The translations under genes and the position numbers were made by a program. The notes under the pieces are model-generated. The model was not told where the DNA came from and ran no database searches. It saw nothing but the letters and a program-made list of their open reading frames with translations. Shown piece by piece: positions 20,148 through 29,143 of a stretch of DNA of 64,000 bases. How positions within the stretch are numbered: position 1 is the first letter of the stretch; the number at the start of each line of letters is the position of its first letter. The DNA lies in the NCBI GenBank assembly GCA_964570505.1, contig CAZMYL010000001.1, positions 48,093 through 112,092 of the forward strand. Direction: 5' to 3'. Source of the DNA: an uncultured Pseudomonadota bacterium. GTDB lineage: Bacteria > Babelota > Babeliae > Babelales > CAIQNR01.

Positions 20148-20378
20148 ATGAAAAAACATGAAAAAGATACAGGTTCTGCACAAGTTCAAATTATAGCATT
20201 AACAGATGATATTGTGCGTTTAACTGCTCATGTTGGCCAGCATGACAAGGACTTTAGTTCTCGTCGTAGTATTTTGAAAAAAGTGGCAACAAGAAAGAAA
20301 TTTTTAAATTATTTGAAGAGAACTGATTTTAATACATATACTAAAGTAGTTGATGTATTAAATAGTAAAAAAGCGTAA
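20148..20378 (+). CDS. rpsO: 30S ribosomal protein S15 (short N-terminus)
   Basis: DTGSAQVQIIALTDDIVRLTAH...HDKDFSSRRSILKKVATRKKFLNYL. An in-frame TAG 21 nt upstream fixes the start, so the protein is 76 aa versus about 89 typical. Confidence 0.93.
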   Translation: MKKHEKDTGSAQVQIIALTDDIVRLTAHVGQHDKDFSSRRSILKKVATRKKFLNYLKRTDFNTYTKVVDVLNSKKA

Positions 20379-20414
20379 GTCTCTTCATACAAAACAAATT
20401 AGAGAGACTAAGAT

Positions 20415-22496
20415 ATGTCTAAAGGTATATTTACATTGCCACAACGTGGCTACTCGGTGAAAATTAATGCATTAGCTCGTCAGGCTCATGGGTCTGCACT
20501 TTTGCAACAAGGTGGTACAGTTTTATTAGCAACAGTGGTATCAGCTCAAGCTGACGGATTTCCTGGATTTTTTCCACTCTCAGTTGATTATAGAGAGCCA
20601 TTTTGTGCAGTAGGTAAAATACCTGGTGGGTATTTTAAACGAGAAGGTAAATCTTCTGATAAAGAAGTATTAACTTCTCGAATTATTGATAGAGCAATAC
20701 GTCCTTTGTTTCCAAAGGATTATTTTAATCAAGTTCAAGTTGTTGTTACTGTTTATTCTGTTGATAAAGAGCATACTCCTCATTCATTGGCTCCGTTGGC
20801 AGCATCTATTGCGCTTTCAGCATCTCATGTTCCTTTTATGGGGCCTGTTGGAATAGCTGAAGTAGGACGTTTAGATGGTAAATGGATAATTGATCCAACG
20901 TATGAACAAAGTCTTGAGTCAGATGTTAAAATAACTGTTGTTGGTACTGATGAAGGTATTTGCATGGTTGAAGGTGCGACTAATGAAATATCTGAACAAG
21001 AATTAGTTGATGCTTTATTTTTAGCTCATGCGTCTATTAAAGAACAAGTTGCTTGGCAAAAAGAAATTTTTGTTAATAATCAAACGCCTAAAGAGTCTTC
21101 TGATTTTGGTATTAATTGGGATCAGTGGGAAAATAAAGTATTTGATTTCTTGAATGATGAGCGTGTTGCTCCCTTGTTTAATAAACCAAAAGTAGAGCGT
21201 AATGATGCAATGAAAGAATTGCAAAATAATTTCTTTACTCATTTTGCTGATGAAATAGCTTCATATGGTGAAGAAAAGAAAGCTATTTTTGAATATATTT
21301 TTGATCAAGAATTAAAAGAACGTGTTACAGAAATTATATGTAAACAAGGTAAGCGTATTGACGGTCGTGGATATACCGAAGTTCGTTCTATTGAAACGCA
21401 AGTAGGCTTTTTACCATTTGTTCATGGTTCTGCTTTATTTACTCGTGGAAATACTCAAAGTTTGGCAACATTAACACTTGGTAGTGGTCAAGATGAGCAA
21501 AAAATAGAAGATATTATGGGTGGTGAAGTTGATGGTTCTTTTATGCTTCATTATAATTTTCCAGCATTTGCAGTTGGTGAAGCTAGGGGCTTAAGAGCGC
21601 CAAATAGACGTGAAGTTGGGCATGGTCATCTAGCTGCATCATCATTTAAATATATTCTTCCTGATAAAGAATCTTTCCCTTATACCATAAGAATAGTATC
21701 CGATATTTTAGAATCTGATGGTTCAAGCTCTATGGCTACAGTGTGTAGTGCTACTATGGCATTTCTTGATGGTGGTATTCCTATTAAAGATATGGTTGGT
21801 GGTGTTGCAATGGGTCTTATTAAAGGTAAGACTTCAGATTTTACTGTATTAACAGATATTAGTGGATTTGAAGATGCTTTTGGACTGATGGATTTTAAAG
21901 TTGCAGGTACAGAAAAAGGTATTACTGCAATCCAAATGGATATCAAGTATAAAGGTGGATTGTTACGAGAAGTTTTTGAAAAAGCTCTTGCTCAAGCTCG
22001 TGATGGTAGAATTCATATCTTAGGCGAGATGAAAAAAGTAATGTCTCATCCAAAAAGTCAATTATCTGAACTTGTTCCGCAAGTTGTAACTCTTAAAATA
22101 GATACCGATAAAATTGGTGCTGTTATTGGTAGTGGCGGTAAAGTTATAAGAGAAATTATCGAAAAGACAGGTACTTCAATTGATATTGAAGATGATGGAA
22201 CTGTTAAAATTTTTGGACAACCAGGTCAGGGTATTGATCTTGCAGTTGGCTGGGTAAAAACGCTTGCCGGTAAAATAGATAAAGGTACCATTTATAATGG
22301 TATTGTAAAACGTATTGCAGATTTTGGAATGTTTGTTGAATTAGTTCCTGGTAAAGATGGATTAGTTCATATTTCTATGATTCCTAGAGAGAAGCAAAAT
22401 AATTTACAAGCTGCTTATCCACTCGGATCTAATTTACAGGTTGAAGTTGTTGAATATGATTCAGAATCAGATCGTATTCGTCTGAAATTAGCATAA
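20415..22496 (+). CDS. pnp: Polyribonucleotide nucleotidyltransferase (PNPase)
   Basis: Two RNase PH-like domains followed by KH (GAVIGSGGKVIREI) and S1 (GIVKRIADFGMFVEL) domains. rpsO-pnp synteny. Confidence 0.97.
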   Translation: MSKGIFTLPQRGYSVKINALARQAHGSALLQQGGTVLLATVVSAQADGFPGFFPLSVDYREPFCAVGKIPGGYFKREGKSSDKEVLTSRIIDRAIRPLFPKDYFNQVQVVVTVYSVDKEHTPHSLAPLAASIALSASHVPFMGPVGIAEVGRLDGKWIIDPTYEQSLESDVKITVVGTDEGICMVEGATNEISEQELVDALFLAHASIKEQVAWQKEIFVNNQTPKESSDFGINWDQWENKVFDFLNDERVAPLFNKPKVERNDAMKELQNNFFTHFADEIASYGEEKKAIFEYIFDQELKERVTEIICKQGKRIDGRGYTEVRSIETQVGFLPFVHGSALFTRGNTQSLATLTLGSGQDEQKIEDIMGGEVDGSFMLHYNFPAFAVGEARGLRAPNRREVGHGHLAASSFKYILPDKESFPYTIRIVSDILESDGSSSMATVCSATMAFLDGGIPIKDMVGGVAMGLIKGKTSDFTVLTDISGFEDAFGLMDFKVAGTEKGITAIQMDIKYKGGLLREVFEKALAQARDGRIHILGEMKKVMSHPKSQLSELVPQVVTLKIDTDKIGAVIGSGGKVIREIIEKTGTSIDIEDDGTVKIFGQPGQGIDLAVGWVKTLAGKIDKGTIYNGIVKRIADFGMFVELVPGKDGLVHISMIPREKQNNLQAAYPLGSNLQVEVVEYDSESDRIRLKLA

Positions 22497-22510
22497 AAAG
22501 GTAGATTGCT

Positions 22511-23221
22511 TTGTTAAAAAGTAGACATGACGGTCGTGTGTGGAATCAATCGCGTACAATAAGTGTTACTTATGACGTGCAGGGAACTGCACATGGATCT
22601 GTTCTTTTTAAACTTGGAAATACTCAAGTTTTGTGTTCTGTAACAATGCAAAGCGGTGTTCCTGCTTTTTTAAGAGGAAAAGGTAAAGGGTGGCTTACTG
22701 CTGAATATGCTATGCTGCCCGCATCTACTTTTCCTCGATCTCCAAGAGAATCTTCTGTTGGTAAAAGAGATGGTCGTTCTGTTGAAATATCCCGACTTAT
22801 AGGCAGATCTCTTCGTGCAATACTTAATTTAGATTTGCTAGGTGAACGTACTTTGTATGTTGATTGTGATGTAATTCAAGCTGATGGAGGAACGCGATCA
22901 GCTGCTATTACTGGTGCATATTGTGCATTACGTTATGCATTAATTAACAAGAAATTTCCGTTTATGCCTGAAGATGGTTTTTTACAAGATTCAGTTGGGG
23001 CTTTATCTGTTGGTATTTCTCATGAAGATATTTTATTAGATCTTAATTTTAATGAAGATATTTCTATTGATGCAGACTTTAATTTTGTTATGACTGGATC
23101 TGGAAATATCATTGAAATTCAAGGAGCAACAGAGTCAATGCCTATTGAGTGGAAAAAAGTTCAATTGATGCAAGAATTGGCTGCTCGTGGTATTATTGAT
23201 ATGTTAAAAACTCTCTCTTAA
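22511..23221 (+). CDS. rph: Ribonuclease PH
   Basis: GSVLFKLGNTQVLCSV, GWLTAEYAMLPAST, GRSVEISRLIGRSLR and DCDVIQADGGTRSAAITGA. TTG start, 14 nt after pnp. Confidence 0.93.
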   Translation: MLKSRHDGRVWNQSRTISVTYDVQGTAHGSVLFKLGNTQVLCSVTMQSGVPAFLRGKGKGWLTAEYAMLPASTFPRSPRESSVGKRDGRSVEISRLIGRSLRAILNLDLLGERTLYVDCDVIQADGGTRSAAITGAYCALRYALINKKFPFMPEDGFLQDSVGALSVGISHEDILLDLNFNEDISIDADFNFVMTGSGNIIEIQGATESMPIEWKKVQLMQELAARGIIDMLKTLS

Positions 23222-23249
23222 TAAAGAGCAATCTGAAAAAGATTATCTA

Positions 23250-24191
23250 ATGAATATATCAAAAATATTTAATTTATTATCAAATAATAATTATCAAGAA
23301 TTTCCTGTTTTATTTTTTACTTATGAATTTGAATTTCCTTCGCTATTTTTTTCAGATTTATTTAAGAAGTTATCGAAGATAGATACTATTTTTTTAAAAA
23401 ACATTCATTCGTCGTTACTCTCAAAAGAGTTGTTTGAAGCAGAAATTAATACAACATTTTTAGGGGAAACGCGTACCTTGTGGCTTGGATCAATAAGTGA
23501 TTTATCTACTGCTGAACAATCAAAAATATTATATATTTGTCAGTCTTATAAAGGTCCGCATAGAATTATTGTTTGCTGTGCTACAAAAGAATTACCAAAA
23601 TCTTTTTCTCATTCAAACATTTTTAATATTGATCAAGAACTAACACATTCAGATAAAGAATCTATTATTTCTTTTTTTTATCCTTCATTAACATATGCAT
23701 CTATTCAAAAAATATCAGGTGGAGCTACTAATTTAAATAAGATTGATAATTTTATTATGCTTGCCCATTACGCAATGGTTTTAGGTAGAAATAGTGATGC
23801 TTTTGTTAGAGATTGGTTGCCAAAAATTATTATTTCAGAGTCATCATTATTTACTCTTTCTCAATATTTTTTTTCTAAAAAAAATATTCAATTTTGGAAT
23901 GTTTGGAATGACATCAAATATCAATACTCTTCTACTTTTTGGACCGTCTATTGGACTGAGCAGATATGGCGTGCTTATTATGTAATTGTAATGCAACAAA
24001 AAAATAATATCATTGATGCGCGTAAAATGGCGTATAGATTACCTTTTTCTTTTATACAAAAAGATTGGAAAAATGTTACTTTAAGTAAACTATCGCAAGC
24101 CCATTCTATGCTTTATCAAATTGATTGGCGTATTAAAAATGGTGGATCAGAAGATCATTTTGATTTGTTTTTTTATAATTTCTTTATGTAA
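23250..24191 (+). CDS. Hypothetical protein, possibly a divergent DNA polymerase III delta subunit (HolA-like)
   Basis: The length (313 aa) and the spacing of hydrophobic blocks (TFLGETRTLWLG, RIIVCC, C-terminal LSQAHSMLYQIDWRIKNG) resemble HolA by eye only. Confidence 0.4.
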   Translation: MNISKIFNLLSNNNYQEFPVLFFTYEFEFPSLFFSDLFKKLSKIDTIFLKNIHSSLLSKELFEAEINTTFLGETRTLWLGSISDLSTAEQSKILYICQSYKGPHRIIVCCATKELPKSFSHSNIFNIDQELTHSDKESIISFFYPSLTYASIQKISGGATNLNKIDNFIMLAHYAMVLGRNSDAFVRDWLPKIIISESSLFTLSQYFFSKKNIQFWNVWNDIKYQYSSTFWTVYWTEQIWRAYYVIVMQQKNNIIDARKMAYRLPFSFIQKDWKNVTLSKLSQAHSMLYQIDWRIKNGGSEDHFDLFFYNFFM

Positions 24192-24200
24192 GTTTTTTTA

Positions 24201-24827
24201 TTAAACCATTTCTTTCTTGGGAAGAATCATTCCTCCAGAAATAATCATAGCCATTGCATCTTTACTACTTATATTCATAACAATAAAATCTTCTTTTTTT
24301 GCAATTATAAAAAATCCTGAAGTTGGGTTTGGGCTCGTTGGTATAAATATCGTGTAAAAAGAGATTTCTTTTTCTGGTGCTAATTCTGATGGCAATTCAT
24401 TTGTTAAAAAGCCAATTCCATAGGTTTGATTTTGCGGGAATTTTACAAGCACTACTTTTTTTAAGTTATTTTCATCCGACGGAGAAAATGCAGAGGTTAT
24501 TTGTTTTACACTCGTATAAATTGTTTTGAAAATAGGTATTTGTGATAATATTTTTTCTCCTAAATCCATACATGATTTTATTAGTAGTGATTTTAATAAA
24601 AGACCTAAAAGAATAATAATTCCTAAGCAAAGTATTATTTCAAAATGGGGTATATTGATTAAAAATGGAATATTTATTGCTTTAAGTGGTTCAAGTGTAT
24701 TTTTAATAAATTTAAATGAAACGCTGAAAAATGAAAGTGTAATAGTTATAGGAAGAAGTGTGAAAAGACCTACTAAAAAAAGTTGAGTAAGCGCATCAAA
24801 ATATTTTTTTATTATATTTATAATCAT
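24201..24827 (-). CDS. DUF502-family membrane protein
   Basis: Two N-terminal TM helices (LFLVGLFTLLPITITL...) and the conserved FIPTSPNPTSGFF block of DUF502. The start overlaps the glmM stop by 4 nt. Confidence 0.8.
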   Translation of the reverse strand: MIINIIKKYFDALTQLFLVGLFTLLPITITLSFFSVSFKFIKNTLEPLKAINIPFLINIPHFEIILCLGIIILLGLLLKSLLIKSCMDLGEKILSQIPIFKTIYTSVKQITSAFSPSDENNLKKVVLVKFPQNQTYGIGFLTNELPSELAPEKEISFYTIFIPTSPNPTSGFFIIAKKEDFIVMNISSKDAMAMIISGGMILPKKEMV

Positions 24828-26155
24828 AGTAAATCCTGATTTAAAAGATTTAAAAGCTCTTGTGAAAGTAACATGTTGATTTCTTTAGTTTGATTGCTGT
24901 CAGGCCCTTCTGTTGTGATACGCAAAACAGGCTCTGTCCCTGAATAGCGAACTATAATTCTTCCATTGGTAAGTTGTTTTTCATTTTTTTTAATAATTGA
25001 TACAAACGGCTCTTTATTAAGATCTTTTTTTATATTTATTGGAAGATTTACAGAATGTTGTGAAAATTTTTTAAATGATTCAAGATTCCAATTTCCTGTT
25101 AAAATTACTGATTCTACAATCCGTAATGCAGTAAAAATACCATCAGCAGTTTTTGAAAAATCGCCTAAAATAATATGTCCTGATGGCTCTGATCCTATAA
25201 GAGCATTATGTTTATTCATTTCATTAATAACATTTCTATCTCCAACAGGTGTTCGAATTAAAGTTTTTTTGAAATTGTTGAGATGTACTTCAAGGCCTTG
25301 ATTGCTCATAATCGTTCCAATGCAGATAGGTTCATTTTTATAAGCAGGATGATTTAATAAAAGAGCAGTAATGTCATCTCCATCTTTAATTGTTCCTTCA
25401 TGAGATACGGCTACTACACGGTCTCCATCTCCATCAAAAGCAAAACCTATATGAGCAACATTATTAATGACAGTATCTTTTAATTGGCTAGGATATAATG
25501 ATCCTGCATTAAGATTTATATTTTTACCATTTGGTTGATTATGAATCATAATAACATGAGCACCCAAAGTCGTAAAAATTTTTTCTGCACATACAACCAT
25601 TGCTCCTTGAGCACAATCAAGGACTACTGTAATACCCTTCATAAAATGAGAAGAAAATTTTTTAACGATATTATTAATATAATGAGATAATGCATGGGTA
25701 TCTTGTATAACAAAACCTAAAGATTCATATGTATTTGATAAAGAAAGTGAATGATAAAGCTTCATAATACTATCTTCATCTTCTGATGTTAATTTTCCAT
25801 CTTCTTTAGTCATTATCTTTATGCCATTGTCTTGATATTGATTATGAGATGCTGTAATCATAATTCCAATATCATATCTAGGATCTGTTTTTATTGCGTA
25901 ATATAATGCTGGAGTAGGTAATACAGATGCATCATAAATTGTAACATTATGATAAAGAAGACCTGTTTTTAAAGCTGATTTTAGAATGTCACATGAAATA
26001 CGTGTGTCGTGACCTAAAAGAATTGTTTTTTTTTGTTTTTTTTCTGTTATCCAATGGCCAAGTACAAAACCTAATTGAATTAATTCATGTGGAGTTAAAG
26101 GTGATTGTCCAAATTTTGTTCTTATGCCATCGGTTCCAAAAAATGATGTATGCAT
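24824..26155 (-). CDS. glmM: Phosphoglucosamine mutase
   Basis: FGTDGIRTKFG start, active-site loop TASHNQYQDNGIK, metal loop FDGDGDR, GSEPSGHII. 443 aa. Confidence 0.93.
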   Translation of the reverse strand: MHTSFFGTDGIRTKFGQSPLTPHELIQLGFVLGHWITEKKQKKTILLGHDTRISCDILKSALKTGLLYHNVTIYDASVLPTPALYYAIKTDPRYDIGIMITASHNQYQDNGIKIMTKEDGKLTSEDEDSIMKLYHSLSLSNTYESLGFVIQDTHALSHYINNIVKKFSSHFMKGITVVLDCAQGAMVVCAEKIFTTLGAHVIMIHNQPNGKNINLNAGSLYPSQLKDTVINNVAHIGFAFDGDGDRVVAVSHEGTIKDGDDITALLLNHPAYKNEPICIGTIMSNQGLEVHLNNFKKTLIRTPVGDRNVINEMNKHNALIGSEPSGHIILGDFSKTADGIFTALRIVESVILTGNWNLESFKKFSQHSVNLPINIKKDLNKEPFVSIIKKNEKQLTNGRIIVRYSGTEPVLRITTEGPDSNQTKEINMLLSQELLNLLNQDLL

Positions 26156-26164
26156 AATTATTCC

Positions 26165-26539
26165 TTAGTGTATAGGTTCACGTATTATTGTCATTGTTGG
26201 ATTATATTTTATCAAAGTACTGTTAATTGGTATATCAAACATTGATCTTGTAAGAGTTATAGTATTAATACCATTTTTTAAATCACGCGCATCAATATGT
26301 ATGCTTGATGTATAGAGCATTTCTTTAAGTAAGGATCTTTTTCCAATAATTGTTACATCTATTGTAGCTGGAGCATCTATTTTTGATTGTGATTTATTAT
26401 AAAAATAAACAGGGATAGCAATTGTTACAGTTGTTTTTGATGATCTGCTCAGTATATTCCATAATCCATATGAACATAATAGTGCAAAAATACTAAGAGA
26501 CAGATTGTTCAAAAGATGATTTTTGAGAAGTATTGCCAT
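26165..26539 (-). CDS. Single YbbR-domain protein (CdaR-like)
   Basis: N-terminal TM anchor, then one YbbR-like beta domain (VTIAIPVYFYN...IDAPATIDVTIIGKRSLL...IDARDLKNGINTITL). Located between the cdaA-like gene and glmM, as in cdaA-cdaR-glmM operons. Overlaps the upstream gene by 47 nt. Confidence 0.65.
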   Translation of the reverse strand: MAILLKNHLLNNLSLSIFALLCSYGLWNILSRSSKTTVTIAIPVYFYNKSQSKIDAPATIDVTIIGKRSLLKEMLYTSSIHIDARDLKNGINTITLTRSMFDIPINSTLIKYNPTMTIIREPIH

Positions 26540-27344
26540 AAAATTTTCCTTTATGAGTAGTAGCTTTTGTTAGTGGCATATTAATGTGTTCAAATATTTG
26601 TTGTAAAAGTATGTCTGTTGTTACATCTTTTATTAATTTACCTTGAGTAATTAAACTATAGGTCCTTAATAAAGGATTATGTCTATACATAAAAGCATCT
26701 GTTTTTTGAGTAAAAAATATTCCATCTTGTATCCATTGTTCTTCTTGTTGTAGTTCTTTAGTGAGCCAAAAATCAATTGATGTTTTTTCCCATGAATCAT
26801 TAATACTGATGATTTTCCCATTTTGATTAATAGTTATAAATTGATCTTGATTATAAAAAGAACTTGTTGTGATTGCTTCTAGTAAATCTTTTGTAATGGG
26901 CGCTTCTAGAGGAGTAGCTGATTTTTTTGTAAAGCCTATAAGTGAATTATTTTTTTCAATAATGCAGGTAATACGAATATTTTTATTAGAAGCAAAGAGT
27001 GTTGCTTGTAGTAAAATTTCCGGCCAATTTAATTCCTCAGACTTTTTAGTGTTAATGGTATGAAGGGCAATAAAGTTCTTTTGGAGTGTTTCTTTATGAA
27101 GTGCTATTAATAAACTTAATGCAATTGGAGCAAGAATAAAAAGTATAGAATTAATAGTTGTCATTAAGAAAAAATCTGTTGCAAGGAAAAGAAATATATA
27201 ACTATATAAGCAAAAAAGAAGTGGTTTTTGTGTGTCTTTTTTAAACCAATAAGTAAGATACATTATGCCAGAAAAAATAATAAAAATTTCTCCTATGTCT
27301 TGCCAGCACAATATAGAAAGAGACCATAATATTTCTTTGATCAT
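26493..27344 (-). CDS. CdaA-like membrane protein with a divergent, apparently motif-less DAC domain
   Basis: Three N-terminal TM helices and a downstream domain collinear by eye with CdaA. IRITCIIEKNNSLIGF...TPLEAPITKDLLEAI aligns with the GALIVIER...IPLDA block, and TDAFMY...SLITQGKL aligns with the C-terminal block. See the findings for the motif substitutions. Confidence 0.6.
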   Translation of the reverse strand: MIKEILWSLSILCWQDIGEIFIIFSGIMYLTYWFKKDTQKPLLFCLYSYIFLFLATDFFLMTTINSILFILAPIALSLLIALHKETLQKNFIALHTINTKKSEELNWPEILLQATLFASNKNIRITCIIEKNNSLIGFTKKSATPLEAPITKDLLEAITTSSFYNQDQFITINQNGKIISINDSWEKTSIDFWLTKELQQEEQWIQDGIFFTQKTDAFMYRHNPLLRTYSLITQGKLIKDVTTDILLQQIFEHINMPLTKATTHKGKFYGNTSQKSSFEQSVS

Positions 27345-27516
27345 AAAGTTTCCTTGTTTTAAGTAATGATCAATAAATGATATGTCACTGTATACAAAAA
27401 AAACTTTAGATGTCGATTGTTGTATTTTTATTAATATGCAAAAGCTAAAAAAGTATTTATTATAGCTCTGCTTAGAAGTTTAATTACGATTTTAACATTT
27501 TAAAGAAAGTGTTTGT

Positions 27517-28518
27517 ATGAAGAAGCAAATAATTTTAACAGGTGATCGGCCTACAGGACCATTACATGTAGGACATTTTATTGGTTCACTCAAAAATAGA
27601 ATTGTTCTTCAAGATACATGTCAGCAATTTGTTATGATTGCTGATTTACAAGCTTTAACAGATTATTATGAAACACCAGATAAAGTTCATGATAATGTTA
27701 TGCAAGTTATGTATGATTATTTGTCTGTAGGTCTTGATCCTGAAAAAACAACATTTCTTTTACAATCACAATTGCCAGCATTAGCAGAATTAACAATGTA
27801 TTATATGAATTTAGTGACGGTTGCTCGGCTAGAAAGAAATCCAACAGTAAAAACAGAAATAAAGCAAAAAGGTATGGAAAAAAGTTTGCCGGCAGGGTTT
27901 TTGTGTTATCCCATAAGTCAAGCTGCAGATATTACAGCATTCAAAGCAACACTTGTCCCAGTTGGAGAAGATCAACTTCCTATGATTGAGCAAACTAATG
28001 AGATTGTAAGAGCATTTAATCGTTTATATAAAAAAGATGTTTTAGTAGAAGCTCAAGCATTAATTCCTAAATGCGCACGACTTTCTGGTTTGGATGGTCA
28101 AGCAAAAATGGGAAAATCATTAGGTAATGCATTATATCTTTCAGATTCTGCTGATGTGGTTATTAAAAAAATTAAAGGTATGTATACCGATCCTACTCAT
28201 ATTAAAATAGAAGATCCAGGTAAAATAGAAGGCAATACTGTTTTTGAATATCTTGATGCTTTTGGGTCAGATCAAAATTTTATAGAAGAGCTTAAAGTTC
28301 ATTATCAACGTGGCGGCCTTGGCGATATGAAAGTTAAAAACTACTTGCTTGAAGTAATGCAAGAGTTTTTAGAGCCAATTAGAAAAAAAAGAATATTATT
28401 TGAACAAAATTCTGATGAAGTAAAAAAAATTCTTATGAAAGGAACTCAAAAAGCAAATGAAATAACACAAAAAACATTAATAGAAGTTAAAGAAGTTATG
28501 CATTTATTATGGGAATAG
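27517..28518 (+). CDS. trpS: Tryptophan--tRNA ligase
   Basis: Class I motifs TGDRPTGPLHVGHFIGS (HIGH) and KMGKS (KMSKS). The size (333 aa) and GEDQLPMIEQTNEI block are typical of TrpRS. Confidence 0.93.
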   Translation: MKKQIILTGDRPTGPLHVGHFIGSLKNRIVLQDTCQQFVMIADLQALTDYYETPDKVHDNVMQVMYDYLSVGLDPEKTTFLLQSQLPALAELTMYYMNLVTVARLERNPTVKTEIKQKGMEKSLPAGFLCYPISQAADITAFKATLVPVGEDQLPMIEQTNEIVRAFNRLYKKDVLVEAQALIPKCARLSGLDGQAKMGKSLGNALYLSDSADVVIKKIKGMYTDPTHIKIEDPGKIEGNTVFEYLDAFGSDQNFIEELKVHYQRGGLGDMKVKNYLLEVMQEFLEPIRKKRILFEQNSDEVKKILMKGTQKANEITQKTLIEVKEVMHLLWE

Positions 28519-28519
28519 T

Positions 28520-28831
28520 ATGAAAAAAGTATGTATTGTATTGATTATGATAAGTAGTCAAGTTTTGATATCTGCTGATAACCATAGACCAGTAGACCAG
28601 CAATTTGAGCAATTAGCTTTAGATAATCGACCACAAAGTGGTACTATAACTCCACCAACAACAGGTACACCTGCTCAACCACCAGCACTGAAAAGACAAG
28701 AACGATTAAGAGATGAGGCTTTAAGAAGAGCTTTAGCAGAACATAGAGAACTTGTTGGTAGAATTCCAAGACCTATTCTACCTCAAAGACTTAATTTTGA
28801 TGAAAATAGCCCTTTAGAACAACATCCATAA
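28520..28831 (+). CDS. Hypothetical small secreted Pro-rich protein
   Basis: The ATG lies 1 nt after the trpS stop. Signal-peptide-like MKKVCIVLIMISSQVLISA, then TPPTTGTPAQPP and an Arg-rich helix. No family recognised. Confidence 0.55.
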   Translation: MKKVCIVLIMISSQVLISADNHRPVDQQFEQLALDNRPQSGTITPPTTGTPAQPPALKRQERLRDEALRRALAEHRELVGRIPRPILPQRLNFDENSPLEQHP

Positions 28832-28838
28832 TTACTAA

Positions 28839-28894
28839 AAATAATAAGTTGTTAGATATTTATTATAGATGTTTAACAACTTATTATTTATTTT
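28839..28894 (+). terminator. Hairpin terminator after the trpS-linked ORF
   Basis: Perfect 16-bp inverted repeat AAATAATAAGTTGTTA (28839-28854) / TAACAACTTATTATTT (28874-28889), 19-nt loop, followed by ATTTT. Confidence 0.5.
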
Positions 28895-28957
28895 GAAAAG
28901 TGCTTTGTGATAGACTTTCTCTTTATTCAAAAAATATATATAAGGAGAGGGAGTGCT

Positions 28958-29143
28958 ATGAGCAAAGTATTTATACGATATATATCAAATTTTAATCGCA
29001 CAATATCACAATGTTTTCCTGTGTTTACAGCGGTTTTTTTAAGTTTGTTGTTTACAATATCCGTTGTTAGATATGTTTCTGAGACACAACAATATGATCA
29101 ATTAAAAGGATTTCGTGTTGCAGCCTTATTTGATAATATTTAA
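28958..29143 (+). CDS. Hypothetical small single-TM protein
   Basis: ATG 28958 is preceded by AAGGAGAGGGAG. It has one hydrophobic helix (FPVFTAVFLSLLFTISVV). The track start at 28907 lacks an RBS. The 3' end overlaps the convergent helicase stop. Confidence 0.45.
   Translation: MSKVFIRYISNFNRTISQCFPVFTAVFLSLLFTISVVRYVSETQQYDQLKGFRVAALFDNI

Noticed and set aside
24966-25301. 111-aa plus-strand ORF inside glmM (and 24526-24786 inside the DUF502 gene, 26869-27063 inside the cdaA-like gene)
   Set aside because: They are antisense to better-supported genes, have no RBS, and their composition is consistent with chance ORFs.
27345-27516. Possible T-box riboswitch upstream of trpS
   Set aside because: The spacer is only 172 nt, is extremely AT-rich, and lacks the conserved T-box sequence or a specifier/antiterminator architecture that I could recognise.
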